Shown piece after piece: positions 63,501 through 64,000 of a DNA stretch of 64,000 bases. The stretch's first letter is position 1; every line of letters begins with the position of its first letter. Origin of the DNA: Nageia nagi (Eukaryota > Plantae > Pinophyta). Location: NCBI GenBank assembly GCA_050084985.1, contig JBITNC010000001.1:186992001-187056000 (forward strand). The letters run 5' to 3'. Both the position numbers and the translations under genes were made by a program. The notes under the pieces were generated by a model. The model did not search any database. It had not been told where the DNA came from and worked only from the letters and a program-made list of their open reading frames with translations.

Positions 63501-64000
63501 AGTGGCATAGAAGAAGAAGGTATTTGGTCTATTTAGAATATGTACTTGAAATAATATATCTTCAAAATTGATGATTTGGAATTGGGATATAGGTTTTAAG
63601 AAGATTATATGTACCTATCTATATTTTGTAATAATAGTTTTTCCTCCCATGCTACACCTACGCCTACATAACAAATTATTTTTTTACCTTGAAGTTCAAG
63701 TAATGCTTTGTACCATGTCAAATTGTGAGGACTAAAATTTTAGACACGATCTAAATTTTTTTCATTCAATGTTCCCATCATGATAATTATAATTACAAGA
63801 AGCTTGAACAAAAAAATACATTCCATGTTTCGAGCTCAAGTCTCACAATTCTACATAGTACAATACATCACTTGAGCTTCAAGATGACAAACTCAAAATT
63901 TGCTAAGTAGGTATATATGTAACATGGGAAGAATAATTATCATTGTAGAATGTTGATGTTTCTATCACTTCATGAGGTTTCAAAAATACTTAGATCATCT

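Overview
Eukaryotic, AT-rich, TE-dense plant nuclear DNA. A large-genome gymnosperm is likely, but that is inferred from intron sizes, TE types and PPR style. The one intact protein-coding gene I can reconstruct is a minus-strand WDR74/NSA1 (WD40 60S ribosome-biogenesis factor). It has 12 coding exons, all GT-AG and phase-consistent, a 1272-nt CDS (423 aa), and spans 6289..55897. Four introns of 6-16 kb are filled with nested, decayed TEs: Ty1/copia elements, a chromodomain-bearing Ty3/gypsy, a CRM-like gypsy remnant, several solo LTRs with TSDs, a hAT transposon with a perfect 8-bp TSD, and several hAT-type MITEs. The flanks hold LINE remnants, a possible kelch pseudogene remnant and a tandemly amplified PLS-class PPR pseudogene fragment. 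The most unusual item is an array of seven ~42-bp near-perfect palindromes separated by non-identical spacers inside a 2.4-kb solo LTR. It looks CRISPR-like but is not a CRISPR. Also notable are a 30-nt micro-exon, probable 3'UTR introns (possible NMD coupling), an inverted pair of same-family solo LTRs bracketing the gene's 5' end, and the PPR-fragment array (possible siRNA source). No rRNA, tRNA or CRISPR-Cas was found. All calls are by eye, without database searches.
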